Program-made: the position numbers and the translations under genes
The notes under the pieces: model-generated
Seen by the model: the letters and a program-made list of their open reading frames with translations, nothing else
Database searches by the model: none
Told to the model about the DNA's origin: nothing
NCBI RefSeq assembly: GCF_963921235.1
Contig: NC_086109.1
Span: forward strand, 17,238,001-17,302,000
DNA length: 64,000 nucleotides
Direction: 5' to 3'
Source: Mobula hypostoma
Lineage: Eukaryota
In this document: positions 24,980-37,440 of the stretch, in pieces
Layout of the letters: each line of letters starts with the position of its first letter
How positions within the stretch are numbered: position 1 is the stretch's first letter

Positions 24980-27900
24980 TGACCTTGAGCATCAAACAAT
25001 CAAATGCTGTCCATTCTGTTTACAACAGTGTTCTCCTCCGTGATCCTGACTGCAGTTTAAATATCACTCGCCAACTCTAATCAAGTGCTTGAGACGCTGC
25101 ATGATGCCATCTCCAAACAAGAAATAATCCACCCTGACACATTTCATATCCTAAATGGATTTCAGCCAGGCTTGTGTGAAGAAATCCCTGCCCAATTACT
25201 ACCAGTATTTAACCCGTAGCACCAGACGTCCCCACACACTAGACCACTTTCATAATAAGATAAGAAATTCCTTCCGTTTTATCTCCAGACTGCATTTCGG
25301 GAAATCTGGTCACTTGGCTCTGCTTCTGCTTGCACTCAGGCAGAGGCTAAAGAACAAGGTTCCAGAGATTAGGACAACAAAGAGGTGAGGTGGTCATGGG
25401 AGACAGAGGAACAGCTATGGGATTGCTTCACGTCAGCGGGCTGGAACGTGTTCAAGAAATTGTCTGTGGATCTGAATGAGTACACCATTTCCCAGACTTT
25501 ATAAAAACAGTTGCAGATGAGTGTGTACCCACAAAATCTGTCAGAGTCTTCCCTAACCAGAAACCCTGGATGAATGGTGAGATCCACAATCTGCTGAGGG
25601 CCAGGTCAGATGCATTCAGGTCTGGCAACGAAGTAAGTTACATGAGGTCCAAGTATGATCTCCAGAAAGCCATCTGAAGGGTAATGTGTCAATTTCAGAC
25701 TAAATTTGAATCAATGAAGGATACTCAACAGTTGTGGCAGGGCTTGAATACTATCACCTCTTATAAAGTGAAATCAAGCAACACAGGTGAAAACAGGGCT
25801 TTGCTTCCAGATGAGCGCAATGCCTTCAATACTGGCTTTGACTGTCAAAGTATGGAGGACCCATCACAAATTTTCATTTCTCCCAATGATCCTGTGATTT
25901 TGATCTTTCATCTTTAAGGAGGGTGAACCCAAGGAAAGAATCCATCCCAATATGCTTCTCAGAACAAGAGGTCCACAGCAGATGCCATCTCATTGGCTGT
26001 TCACTCAACCCTGAAACATCTGGACAGCAAAGATGCATATATCAGGATGCTCCATATCGACTGCAACTCAGCATTAAAAACTATCACCCCCTCAAAGCTA
26101 GTCAATAAGCTTCAAGACCTTGGCCCCAATACCTCCTTGTGCAAATGGATCCTCTATTTCCTCACTTGCAGACAATTTGGATTGGCAACAACATCTCCTC
26201 CATAACCTTCATAAGCACAGGTGCTGTGTGCTTAGCCCCCTTTTGTACTCGCTTTATGCATGTTGTGTAGCTGAGCACAGCTCCCATCCCATGTTCAAGT
26301 TTGCTGATGACACCATTTTTGTCGGTTGAATCAAAGGTGGTGATGAATCAGTGTGTAGGAGGGAGACTGAAAACCTGGCTGAATGGTGCCACAGCAACAG
26401 CCTCTTACTCAATGTTAATAACACCAAGGAGCTGATTATTGACTTCAGGAAGGAGAAAGTTTCATGAGCCAGTCTTTATTGGGGGAACGGAGGTGGAGAG
26501 GGCTAGCAAGTTTAAATTCCTTGGTGTTAGCATTTCAGACGGCATGTCCTGGGCCCAGCACATAAGTGCAATTATGAAGAAAGCATGATAATACCTATAC
26601 TTCCTTTGCAGTTTGTGAAGATTCAGCATGACATCCAGAACTTTGACAAAATACTATAAATGGAGAGTACGTTTACTGGCTATATCACAGCCTGATGGAA
26701 ACACTGATGCCCTTGAACGAAAAATCCTACAATAGTAGTGGATATGGCCCAGTCTATCATCTACACAGAATTGTCACAAGAAAGCAGCATCTATCGTCAG
26801 TGACCCCTAACACCCAGGATATGTTCTCTTCTCACTGCTGCAATCAGGGGGAAGGTACAGAGCCTCAGAACTTGCACCACCGGGTTCAAGAACAGTTATT
26901 ACTTCTCAACTATCAGGCTCTTGAACCAAAGGGGATAACTTCACTCAATTTCATTTGTCCCATTACTGAAATGTTCCCACAACATATGGACTCACTTTCA
27001 AAAGCTCGTCACCTCATGTTCTTGATATTTATTCATAATTTATTAATTATTATTCATTTTTATATTTTAACAATTTGTTGTCTTTTGCACACTGTTGTAC
27101 ACTCAGTTGGTGCGGTCTTTCAATGATTATTATTTATATACTACTAAAACTCTCATGCTCTGTTTGTGACCTTCAATTAGCGCAAACGGTGCATTACAGC
27201 GGCACTTTTTTTGGCTAAATCGAATTAAAATGAGCTAACTTGCAGAATGCAGGCAAAGTTCAGGGCTATATATTTGTATAAAATTGCTCATTCACCAAAA
27301 ATCAACGGGTTGGCTTTCATCCGAGACCCTATCAGCCATCATGGAGATCGGGACGCGACATCCCGACACATGCGCACGGCCAGCCTCAACAGCGACACCT
27401 ACCGGAGCAAAAGGGCAGGGCAGCTCTATTTCGAGGGGTCACATTCTGCTAATCACCATCAGCATGTGCAGGATTGAGACAGATCTAACTGCCACCCATC
27501 ATTAAGAGATAATTAAATCTTATTGTAATGATGTACTTTGAGACACCCATAAAACCTTTTGCTGCACTCAAAGGACAGCAGTGACTATATCACGTCCATT
27601 TAGGAGAGCGTCTACCACATCATCAAGAGTAATCAGCATCCTTTGGTGTTACTGCTTTGTATCTTCTAGCCAGCATTAGGGTAAAAAAAAATGGTCAGCC
27701 TAATTATGCCTCGTGGAGAGGGAATGAGGACATTATGGGCAAGAGATGACGCCAAACGTCGTTGGGAAGCGGCAAGGAGAGCGAGAGAACAAGAATCGGA
27801 TGAGGCTAGGGCCGCATAACTCCAGGATCAAAGAGTCAGGACAAAAAAAGATGACAAAAGAATAGACAGAGGAGGAGAGGCATGCACGTCTCCAGGATCA

Positions 27901-28305
27901 GAGACAAACAACAAACAGCAGAAGAGATGAAGAGACGGGGGATGAAAGGACTGCACATTTCCAGAATGACGCACAAGGGTGGCAGATAAACCAGAAATGA
28001 TGCCATCAAAAGTGTCCTCCGTTTAACGAGGAGGAGCTATATTTGCTTCGCTACGCGTTGTTCTTTAATAAACTGAGGTTTTCCACTTCAGTTTCTAAAG
28101 CAAAGCGATACCAATAGCATTCAGGAAAATTTAATGTTCATTCTGGTCACATCAGACTGCACTACCCTTCTCTCAAAGGCTGCCCCAACAGGTCACCCAT
28201 TGTCTAGTTGTTATTAGATTTATTGAGAATGTCTGCAGGAAAATGTATCTCAGGGTTGTATATGGTGACATGCATGTACTTTGATAATAAATTTACTCTG
28301 AACTT
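24980..28305 (+). mobile_element. Degraded Rex1/Babar-like LINE (APE end, RT, 3'UTR) with a Helitron in its 3'UTR
   Basis: Remnants HTLDHF..HFGKSGH, FPNQKPWM, HSTLKHLD..YIRMLHID, VLSPLLYSLY, KFADDT. The 3'UTR resumes at 28208 and ends with aataaatttactctgaact. Confidence 0.85.
27134..28207 (+). mobile_element. Non-autonomous Helitron with STPR-like repeat remnants
   Basis: 5' T(T)TATATACTACTAAAAC. 3' imperfect hairpin GGCTGCCCCAACAGGTCACCC (28178-28198), then CTAG (28204-28207) followed by T; no TSD. Internal text MPRG...EQESDEARAA*LQDQR / EEERHARLQDQR / EETGDERTAHFQND. Confidence 0.8.
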
Positions 28306-28569
28306 TTAAGAATTGTGTAAGTTTCAGTCCCTCCAGAGAAACAAGATGAAATTATTGCAGGAATAGAGTTTTGATGTATTGGTTAATGACGTGTTTCAGA
28401 TGGTATAGCTCAAAATAAAGCTAAAATATTTGAGTTCCAAGTATAAGGGTTACAGAGTGTCAAATCGTATATGTTAGTCAGTCTTATAATGGTGCCGGAG
28501 ATATAAATTCACTTTGTTGTACTCCATTAACATAACTAATTAAGTTACTAGATCAGTGAAATTCTAATT

Positions 28570-29282
28570 TGCAATTTCAAATTCCTGGGTGTCAATATTT
28601 CTGAGGATCTAACTTGGACCAATTTCCCCCGGGATCAATAAAGTATGACTATGACCCAACGTGTCAATGCAGTTGTAAAGAAGGCAAGATGGCAGATATA
28701 TTTCAGTAGGAGTTGGAGGAAATTTGGTTTATCACCTAAAACACTCAAACTTCCACAGGTTAACTGTGCAGACCATTCTGACTAGCTGCATCACTATCTG
28801 GTATGCTGGGGTGGGAGGGAGGCGCTACTGCATGGGATCGAAGTAAACTGCAGAGAGTGATAAAGTTAGTCAGCTCCATCATGGGTACTAGCCTCCATAG
28901 TATCCAAGACATCTTCAAGGAGCAGTGCCTCAGAAAGGTGGCATCCATCATTAAGGACCCACACCATCCAAGACATGCCCTCTTCTCATTGTTACCATCA
29001 GGAAGAAAGTATGGAAGCCTGAAGGCTCACACTCAGTGATTCAGGAACAACTTCTTCCTGTCTGACATCTAATTTCAAAATGGACATTGAACCCATGTAC
29101 CCTACCTCACTACTTTTTTGTTTCTGTTTTTGCACTGCTTATTTTAATTTAGCTATTTAATAGACATATATAAAAACTGAATTACAGTAAGTATATATAA
29201 ATTATTATGTATTCCATTGTACTGCTTCCACAAAGTTAACAAATTTCATAACATACGCTAGTGATATTAAACCTGATTCTAT
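28570..29282 (+). mobile_element. Rex1/Babar-like LINE 3' fragment
   Basis: FKFLGVNISEDLTW; ORF 28803-29039 with KVASIIKDPHHPRHALFSLLPSGRKY; tail gatattaaacctgattctattcc. Confidence 0.85.
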
Positions 29283-29991
29283 TCCGATTTGAAAATGGCT
29301 CCCACTCCCTCCCAGTTAGGTGGTCAATATCCAGTTTTGCTTTTGTTATTGGCTAGTCTCTGAAAGTTGGTAGCAATTATGCTTTGCTATGGTTTCATGT
29401 TTCTGTAATTTTGTATTTGGGTATCAAGATTAGGTGAGCATCCAGCCTTTGAATGTACATTCCTTTCAACCAACCTTACTATTGTGTTATCCAGCGTAAC
29501 CAGTGATTCCTCCGAGCCTGAAGATGCAGAGGTTAAATGTGATAGCTGCTGTAATTATATTCTACGTACAACAGGGAGTGGATCAGAGGTGACCTATGTT
29601 ACTATTAATGTAGGTGTCATGTTCAATAGTTGTACCACTGAGGGGATAAATGATTTTCTATTTGAAGAAAATAATCCAAAGATCAAACAAATTAGCAAGT
29701 TATCAAACGGGCATTTCCTACATTAGTGACTTAAACTGTGGGTTATCAATTAACTTGTCCACAGACCGATTTGCTCAAAGTTTATAATTATGCCAAGTTT
29801 AAAAATAGGAAATTAAAATGGCTGTGCAATCTTATGGCTATTAATTTCTGCTTTTGCCAAATTATAAATGGGAAACCTGGAGGGCATTGATTTAGACAAC
29901 ATCTTAAAAGATCTCGAAGGTCTAATCCTCTTAAGATGTAGCATGACAATTGATACCTAGAATGCACTGTCTTATAGGGTGGTTTTTTCAA

Positions 29992-30360
29992 ATTCAGGTT
30001 TGGTATGTGTCATGAAATTTGTTGACTTAGTAGCAGCAGTACAATACAATACATGATAATATGGAAAGAAAGAACTAAAGCAGTTACAGTAAATGTGTGT
30101 GTGTGTATATATAAGATGACAGAGGGGAAAGCACTGTTTCTGAATTGCTGAGTTTGTGATTTCAGACTTCTGGACCTCCTTCCTGTTGGTAACAATGAGA
30201 GGAAGGCATTCCCTGGGTGATGGGGTGGGGAGGGAGGGGGGTTCTTAATAGTGACGTCACCTTTCTAGGGCATCGTTCCTCGAAGATACCTTGGATATTC
30301 TGGAGGCTAGTAACCAAGGTGGAGCTGGCTAAATTTACAACTTTTGGTCCTGTGCAGTAG
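29992..30360 (-). mobile_element. Rex1/Babar-like LINE 3' fragment (inverted relative to 28570-29282)
   Basis: ORF 30010-30195 LPTGRRSRSLKSQTQQFRNS; same 3'UTR as the previous copy. Confidence 0.75.
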
Positions 30361-31720
30361 AAGAAGGTACTTCTAATAAGTGTCTAGACGAGCACTTAAA
30401 TCTCCAATGAATGCAAGTTATGGGTCAAACTGTTGACTTTTATGGAAATTATTTGGGGGTTGGTATGGACCTTGTGGTCCTGGTCTTATTTCTGTGACTT
30501 CATGTTCAGCTTGTCTATTCGCAGTTGTACTCTGAGATAGTAACCATCCCATGCGGAAATGGTGTTGTAACATTATAGGTTTAGACTATTCTTAAAGATC
30601 TCACTTCATTGCTGCGAGGATGTTCTGCATTGTGAAATATGTAAACCCGATGATAATTAGTCAAGATTTTAGTCACGCTTTGAAACAATCATGCTGGAGG
30701 GCAGGGTAATGGAAGACTAGTCTCCTTTCCTGTCTCTGATCATTGTTGGATGACTGTTGTTGAAGTGTGTCATCAGAACATGCTTGGGCTTGATTGAGCT
30801 ACTACTTGTATTTGAATAGTGTGCCACAAACATATTTCATGATGCATATAGTACTTAGCCAAGGTTTAGATTAAAGATTAGAGCAGCTTGGGCACGTTAA
30901 TTAGATGGGTACTTTTGACTGGACTGCATTGTGAGGTATATTTGGGTGAAAAAGGTAAAAGGTCACATTGAAATTGTGCCTCTAAATACCAAGTAAACAA
31001 CTGCCTCAGCTCAAGCAAACCAGGTCCATTTTTCACCTTAATCTCTCTCTGCATGGAGTTTGTATGTTCCTCCTGTGAACTCAGAAGTTTCCTGTCTGGT
31101 TTCCTGTCAACGACAAGAAATTGGCAATAGACTGTAAGTGCGAGGTACCAGCTGGGGGAGTTGATGTAAAAGTGGGGAGAATAAAATAGAATTAGCGTAA
31201 CTTTGGTGTAAATCTGTGCTTAGTTGAAGCAGAAGGACCTGATTCTGTATTGTGTGATACTATAACAGAAGTAATATCTGTTAAGCAATACTCCTTGGCT
31301 TTGTGCCTTTTCTTATTTATTTGCAAATCTTTGTAGACTTCCCCTATGCATTTTGTCTGTTAACATTGAGGAGTTGTATGAAAACTTGCATTTATTTTGT
31401 TTCTTTTCCTTTTGGTTGGAAATGTCTGTACTCTGATTCTGTACCACTCATTGAAAACAAAATTTCAATGAAAGGGTTTTTTATTGCAGACAAGAACAGA
31501 CTGATAACATTGGACTTGGAGGTGGGGGGCTATACATAGACTGAAGCAAAATCATTTATATTTGTTATTGACATGAATAATACATAGTTTTTTTAAATCA
31601 AATGCTAAGAGGTGAAAGCTTGACATGGAACTGATTGAAAGGTCTTTGAAGCAGCATATGTGGGACCATTAAGGACCAAGGGATTGAATAATGACATTTT
31701 ATTTTTTTTTGTCTTTTAAG

Positions 31721-32239
31721 AAAATCCAGCAAATATCGGAAGGAGGTGGTTCAGCTGGTATGTTTGGACATGGTTTGAAGCAGCTTTTCCATCATCGAAA
31801 GCGGTCTCGGGAGCGTGATCAGAGTATGCAGGATTCATCCCAGCCCTGCCACCATCCTTATGGTCACTCCGATCATGACTCTGCTGATGAAAAGGAGCGA
31901 TCTCCTGAAATGCACCGCGTGTCCTATGCTGTATCCCTTCATGATCTTCCTGCTCGTCCCACAGCCTTCAACAGGGTATTACAGCAGATTCGGGCAAGAC
32001 CATCCATTAAGAGAGGAGCTAGTCTCCACAGCAGCAGCAGGAGAACAAAAAGTGGATCAAGTGAAGCCCAGAAAGGAAGTCCTCACCTTGTGCGCAAAGC
32101 ACCTCAGGATAGTTCGCTGACTGCAATCTTGCAACAGCATCAATACAGGCCCAGGTCATCATCCACTACGGACACCTCAGTTACTGCCGGCGATTTTAAC
32201 ATTGCAGCAGGTGAAGAGCCAGAAAGAACCACTGAGAAG
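31721..32239 (+). CDS. TMCC2: Internal coding exon (exon 2 equivalent) of transmembrane and coiled-coil domain family protein 2
   Basis: Polypyrimidine tract plus AG (31719-31720) and AAG|GTAAAG donor (GT 32240-32241); 519 bp, phase 0/0. The peptide KIQQISEG...[11 protein letters not shown]...[56 protein letters not shown]...RKAPQDSSL...[10 protein letters not shown] matches the vertebrate TMCC2 N-terminal region as I recall it. Confidence 0.93.
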
Positions 32240-32810
32240 GTAAAGACTGTCTTTGAATTCCAATATCACCAAGTACAGCAGAATGGCTTTGGGGAATTAG
32301 TCAAGTTGATTGTATTCTATTATTAAGATTGTGTGTTGTCAAAGTTCACCATTCTCTTAAATGGATGAGGTCAAAATTAAACTGAGGTTGGATAATGAGG
32401 CAAATAATAACTGGAATCAAAGTTATTTAGGAGGTAGATATTAAGGGTTTCCAAGGAAAATAACTTTTAATGGTTTGTTATTTTGGATCATTTATTGTTC
32501 TTAATAAATTTTTAAGGTCAGGCAGCATTTGCAAATTTGTTGATGTTCAACAGTTATGATTTGCTTTACTGGATCTCCTCTAGCTTTATTATATTTATTT
32601 CTAAGTAGTTTTCTTTGTATCATAAAGCTTGCATACTGTTGTTTGCTCCTATGGCTGTTCGTAGCAGCTTCCGATGCTGGAATAATTGTGGTTTGTCTTG
32701 GTAAGTGCAGCTGGGCTCTGACTAGAGACTGATGTGACCTGAGCAAAATGTTTGTCAGTGCTTCAATTAAAATTAGGAAAGTTTAAAAATGATTATTGGT
32801 TTAGTTCAAT

Positions 32811-34555
32811 TTAGATTAGATTAGATTCAACTTTATTGTCATTGTGCCGAGTACAGATACAATGCCAATGAAATGCAGTTAACATCTAAACAGAAATGTA
32901 AAGAATAGTATTATTTACAAAACAACTGCGAATTAAAAAGTAAGTGCTACATCACACAAATATAAAAGTACTGAGACATTACAATATGGGTGCAATATTG
33001 CTTAGCGCGAGGTTCAGTAGGGTCACAACCTCAGGGAAGAAGCTCTTCCTGTGCCTGCTGGTGCAGGAGCGGAGGCTCCTGTAGCGCCGATGGGATGGGA
33101 GAGTTAAAAGTACATGGTTAGGGTGAGATGCATCCTTGATAATGCTTTTCGCCCTGTCCAGGCAGTGTTTATGGTAGATGTTCTCAATGGTGGGCAATTG
33201 GGTACCGATAATACACTGGGCAGTTTTCACCACACGCTGGAGTGCTTTGCGATCCGATACGGGACAATTGCCATATCACGCTGAGATGTAGTTGGTGAGT
33301 ATGCTCTCAGTGGTACAGCGTTAAAAGTCTGTCAGTATCCTGGGACAGAGGTGAGCTTTCTTGATGCTCCGCAGGAAATAAAAGTGCTGTTACGCCTTTT
33401 TGATCAGGATGGAGGAGTTCAGGGACCAGGTGAGATCCTCGGAAATGTGGGCACCTAGGAATTTGAAGTTTGATACACACTCCACTACAGCTCTGTTGAT
33501 GTAGATGGGGACGTGAGTGTGATTTCTAGCATGCCTGAAGTCCACAATGATCTCCTTGGTCTTCTGAGTGTTAAGGACCAGGTTGTTGTCGGCACACCAC
33601 GTGACCAGGTGCTGGACCTCGTCCCTGTAGACCGTCTCGTCATCCCCTCTGATCAGACCAACCACCATGGTGTTGTCTGCGAACTTGATTATGGAATTAG
33701 AACCATGTACAGGAATGCAGTCATAGTTGAAAAGGGAGTACAGAAGAGGGCTCAGCACACAGCCTTGAGGCACACCAGTGTTCAGGGTGAAAGTGGAGGA
33801 GGAGAGGTTGTCTAACTTAACTGATTGGGGTCTGTTAGTCAGAAAGTCCAAAGTCCAATTGCAGAGGATGAGCTGATACCAAGCTAGTGAAGTTTGGCGA
33901 TCAGTTTGGAGGGGATCACAGTATTGAATGCCGAACTAAAGTCAATGAACAGCATTCTGACATAAGAGTTGGGGCTATCCAGGTGGGTCAGGGCAGAGTG
34001 AAGTGCCGTGGAGATAGCGTCCTCTGTTGACCTGTTGGTGCGATAGGCAAATTGATGGGGGTCCAGCGTAGTGGACAGACAGGATTTCAGATGTGATAGA
34101 ACCAGTCTCTCAAAGCACTTTGCAATGATGGGAGTGAGTGCAACTAGGCGGAAGTCATTCAGGCCCGCGGCAGTGCAATGCTTCGGCACTGGCACGGTGG
34201 TAGCGATCTTGAAGCTTGTGGGGACAACTGCCTGGGCCAGGGACAGATTAAAAATGTCAGTGAAGACCCTAGCCAACTGCCCTGCCCAAACTCTGAGCAC
34301 ACGGCCAGATATTCCATCCGGAATAGCTGCCTTCCGTACATTCACCCTGCTCAAGGTGGCGCAAACATCAGAGGTAGAGAGTGAGGGAGGCATTTCACCA
34401 GGTGGGAGATCCGCTTTGAGGGTGGCCTGAGTACAATACCGTACTCAGTGGTTTGAAGTCTGTAATGACCTGTATGCCGGGGTGCCACGTGCGCTGGGGG
34501 TCCAAGCAGTTGAAATGCTCCTCGATTCTCTGTTTGTATATGTGTTTAGCCTGAA
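32811..34555 (-). mobile_element. Rex1/Babar-like LINE, 5'-truncated, RT with few disruptions
   Basis: ORFs 33884-34393 ([23 protein letters not shown]), 33390-33851 (GVPQGCVLSPLLY, KFADNT) and 32979-33233; 3' tail (TCTAA)n after AATAAA on the minus strand. Confidence 0.92.
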
Positions 34556-37227
34556 AGTTAAACCAGCATACATTTATTCAGCACTTCCAATTTAATCTGT
34601 TGTGTGTCAAGGGGTTTCCTATGAGTACTGCCATGCTAACTCCGAGACTGAGGTCTTGGAATGAATAATTAAGAAAAGTAACTGAAAGCTTGGTCAAAGC
34701 CAGGTTGTCATTAGTGATTTTTAAGGGGCAGGAAAAGTGATGAAGTTTAACTGCTTGATGGATGAGTTTATAAATATGGGCTTTGTACTTATGAAGGTAA
34801 TATCTGTTTCATTCAGAAGAAAATCTATCAAGGTCTGGGGAGAAATATTCTGCTTCTTTTGAAATATTTTTATTGCAAACTAATTTTCCACATCCATTTC
34901 AAAATGCCAATAAGCTAATTGAACCTGTTGTAAGATACTTGCAACACTGCAAGGTGGTTACAAAAACCATGATATTTACAACATACTGCACGGGGTATTA
35001 TTTTCATTGTGGTCCATACCTTAATGCTTGAAATAACTATTGTAAATGAGCTGCATAAACAAGGTATTACAAACTGGAAATTGTAGTAGTTAATAATAAA
35101 CAAGCATTAGAATTAATATTATTCCTACCAATCAATTTTTTTCCATTAGAAAAAAATTACTAATTTTGTAAGAAGATTGAAAAGAATTGTCCTGTTCACA
35201 AAAAGCTGGAAAAATTCAGGCTACTTAGTTACTGCCAATTAGTCTGCTCTCAATCATCAAAATTAAATGGTGGAAGCTGTCATTGACAGTTTAATCAAAA
35301 GACTCGCTTGCCATTATTATAGCTGCAGATTCCCAGGTTAGATTTTTGCCAAGACACATTTGGTTCCTGACCTTGAAAGCTGTGATTCTGCACAGACCAA
35401 AGAGCTGAGAGTGATTGCCTTTTCCATCAGTGTAATATCAGACCAAGTGTAGCATCAATTGCTTAAGGGATCTGGATGCTTGTCATTATGGACTTCACAT
35501 TTTCTTTCTGCAACTCTATTTGCCCTCATTATTTGGTTTCTTCTCATATCCCAAATATGCACTAGTAGGCTAATTAGCTACTGTAATTTGCCTCAGTGCA
35601 GGTTAATGGCAAAAAGAATCTGAGTTTAGGGCCATGTGTTCAAATAACATATTTGTTATTCCAGTATTAAATTCGCATCCCAGCTGGATTCTTTATGTAC
35701 CTGAAATATTTGAGTTGTTGAGATTGATCTTTCCGGAGTTAGTTTTGACAAGATTTCATCCTTGAGGAGGAGGGTGGTTGAAGAAATCTTGAATGCATTC
35801 TTTCAGAAAATGAAATCTGAAAGCTCCTCAGCGTGAGAAGCAGATTAGTAAATGATCCTATCATTCGTGACATTTCACAAAGCAAGATGCATTAGTCAGC
35901 ATCAAAAAAAAACTACAAATTCTAGAAATGTAACATTAAAAAAATGCTGGAAATACACATCAGGTCAGGCTTCAAGGGTTGAAAGAGAAACAGAGTTAAC
36001 ATTTTAGTTCAAAGACACTTCATGCATTACTCAAAGCTGTCAATTTTGTTTATTCAACTGGAGCCACATCCTAGTCTATAAACCCAAAGCAAAAGAGGCA
36101 GATACGATGGAGATATTTAAGAGGCTCTTAGGCACATGAGTGTGAACAGAAAGGTTTAGTTTAAGCATCATTAGCTTATTTAGTTTGGCACAGCATTGTG
36201 GGCTGAAGGGCCTGTTCCTGTTCTGTACTATTGTATGTATGTCACTAGCTTATGATCTTCCACATGTATCCCATTGATTCAGATAGTTGGTGCAAGATAC
36301 CAATTATCGATTTTATCTGTCCAATATATGGCACACATTAAATTAAGTTAAACTTCTTGTTTCAGTAATAGGTTTACTTTCACAGTTTGCTAATAATGGG
36401 GCAGCCTTGTGTATATTTTTGATTTCGTACCATCAATGATTGCAGTTGTCTTGGATTTATTGTGATATTGCCAATAACTCTTGATAAGGATCTTTCTTGC
36501 AATATTTCTGGATCATGGGCTTTATGAATCCAGTAGGGTTCCTTTGAACTACTGCCAGCTGTAAGATATGTTGGAAAATAGCTGGCCCCTTTGAGAATAA
36601 AATTGACTTCTTTTATGATGCTGTCCTCGTAACTTGGTTCATGAAAGAAGCAAGACTGAGTTTGCACTTAACGAGCCACGCAGAGTGATTTGGTTCTCAA
36701 GGCATGGAGAGTTCCTCTTTTGAAACAATTTTTACTTGGTGTGGAATTATTTTCTCATTTCCTCTGATAGGCTGACTGATTGTAAGATGACTCCATTCAT
36801 TGGAGGCCTTTCTCTAACAATTTATCTGGGTTAAATTCTCAATAAATGGGACTTGCCAGTACAGGAAGTTGCTGAGAATTTTAAGTAGTGTTGGGTCAAA
36901 AGAATAATGACATTGCTGAAATTAATTGATCATGCTATTGAAAATAGATGAGAATTTTATAGAATTTACTGCTGCAGAATTTGCATTGCCGTGTCATCAG
37001 CTCAAATGAAAAATCAGCCTTCCTTCAGTGAAATTTGAATTTGGGTGGGATGGCATCAAGGTAGAAATTGATATCAAGGCTGGCAGGCTGCAGGTGGTTG
37101 TTGCATGGAAGTTCATAATGATTACAAACGATTGCAACAGAAACATCGATGAATGGCATTAAAAATGGAGTCATTGTTATCCTTGCTGATGAACAGGAAT
37201 TTGCAACATGTGATATCTTGCAATTTT

Positions 37228-37440
37228 TAAACACAAAGTTCCGCCAATGCTGGAAATCCAGAGCAACACTCTCAAAATGCTGGAGGAACTCAGCAGGCCG
37301 GACAACATCTACGGAGAGCAATAAATAGTTGACGTTTTGGACTGGTCCTGATAAAGGGTTTCAGCTGGAAACATCGACTGTTTATTCATCTCCATAGATG
37401 CTGCCTAACCTGCTGAGTTCCTCTAGCCTTCTGCGTGTCA
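37228..37440. mobile_element. Penelope pseudo-LTR-derived fold-back element
   Basis: About 70-bp inverted arms (gctggaggaactcagcagg...catctacggag...ataaatagttgacgttt / aaacatcgactgtttatt...ctccatagatg...cctgctgagttcctctagc) around a decayed hammerhead core (gtcctgataaaggg...gaaacatcgact). Confidence 0.8.

Noticed and set aside
31691..32326. The 211-aa ORF as a complete single-exon gene
   Set aside because: Its first 10 and last ~28 codons are intronic read-through; splice signals and homology delimit 31721-32239.
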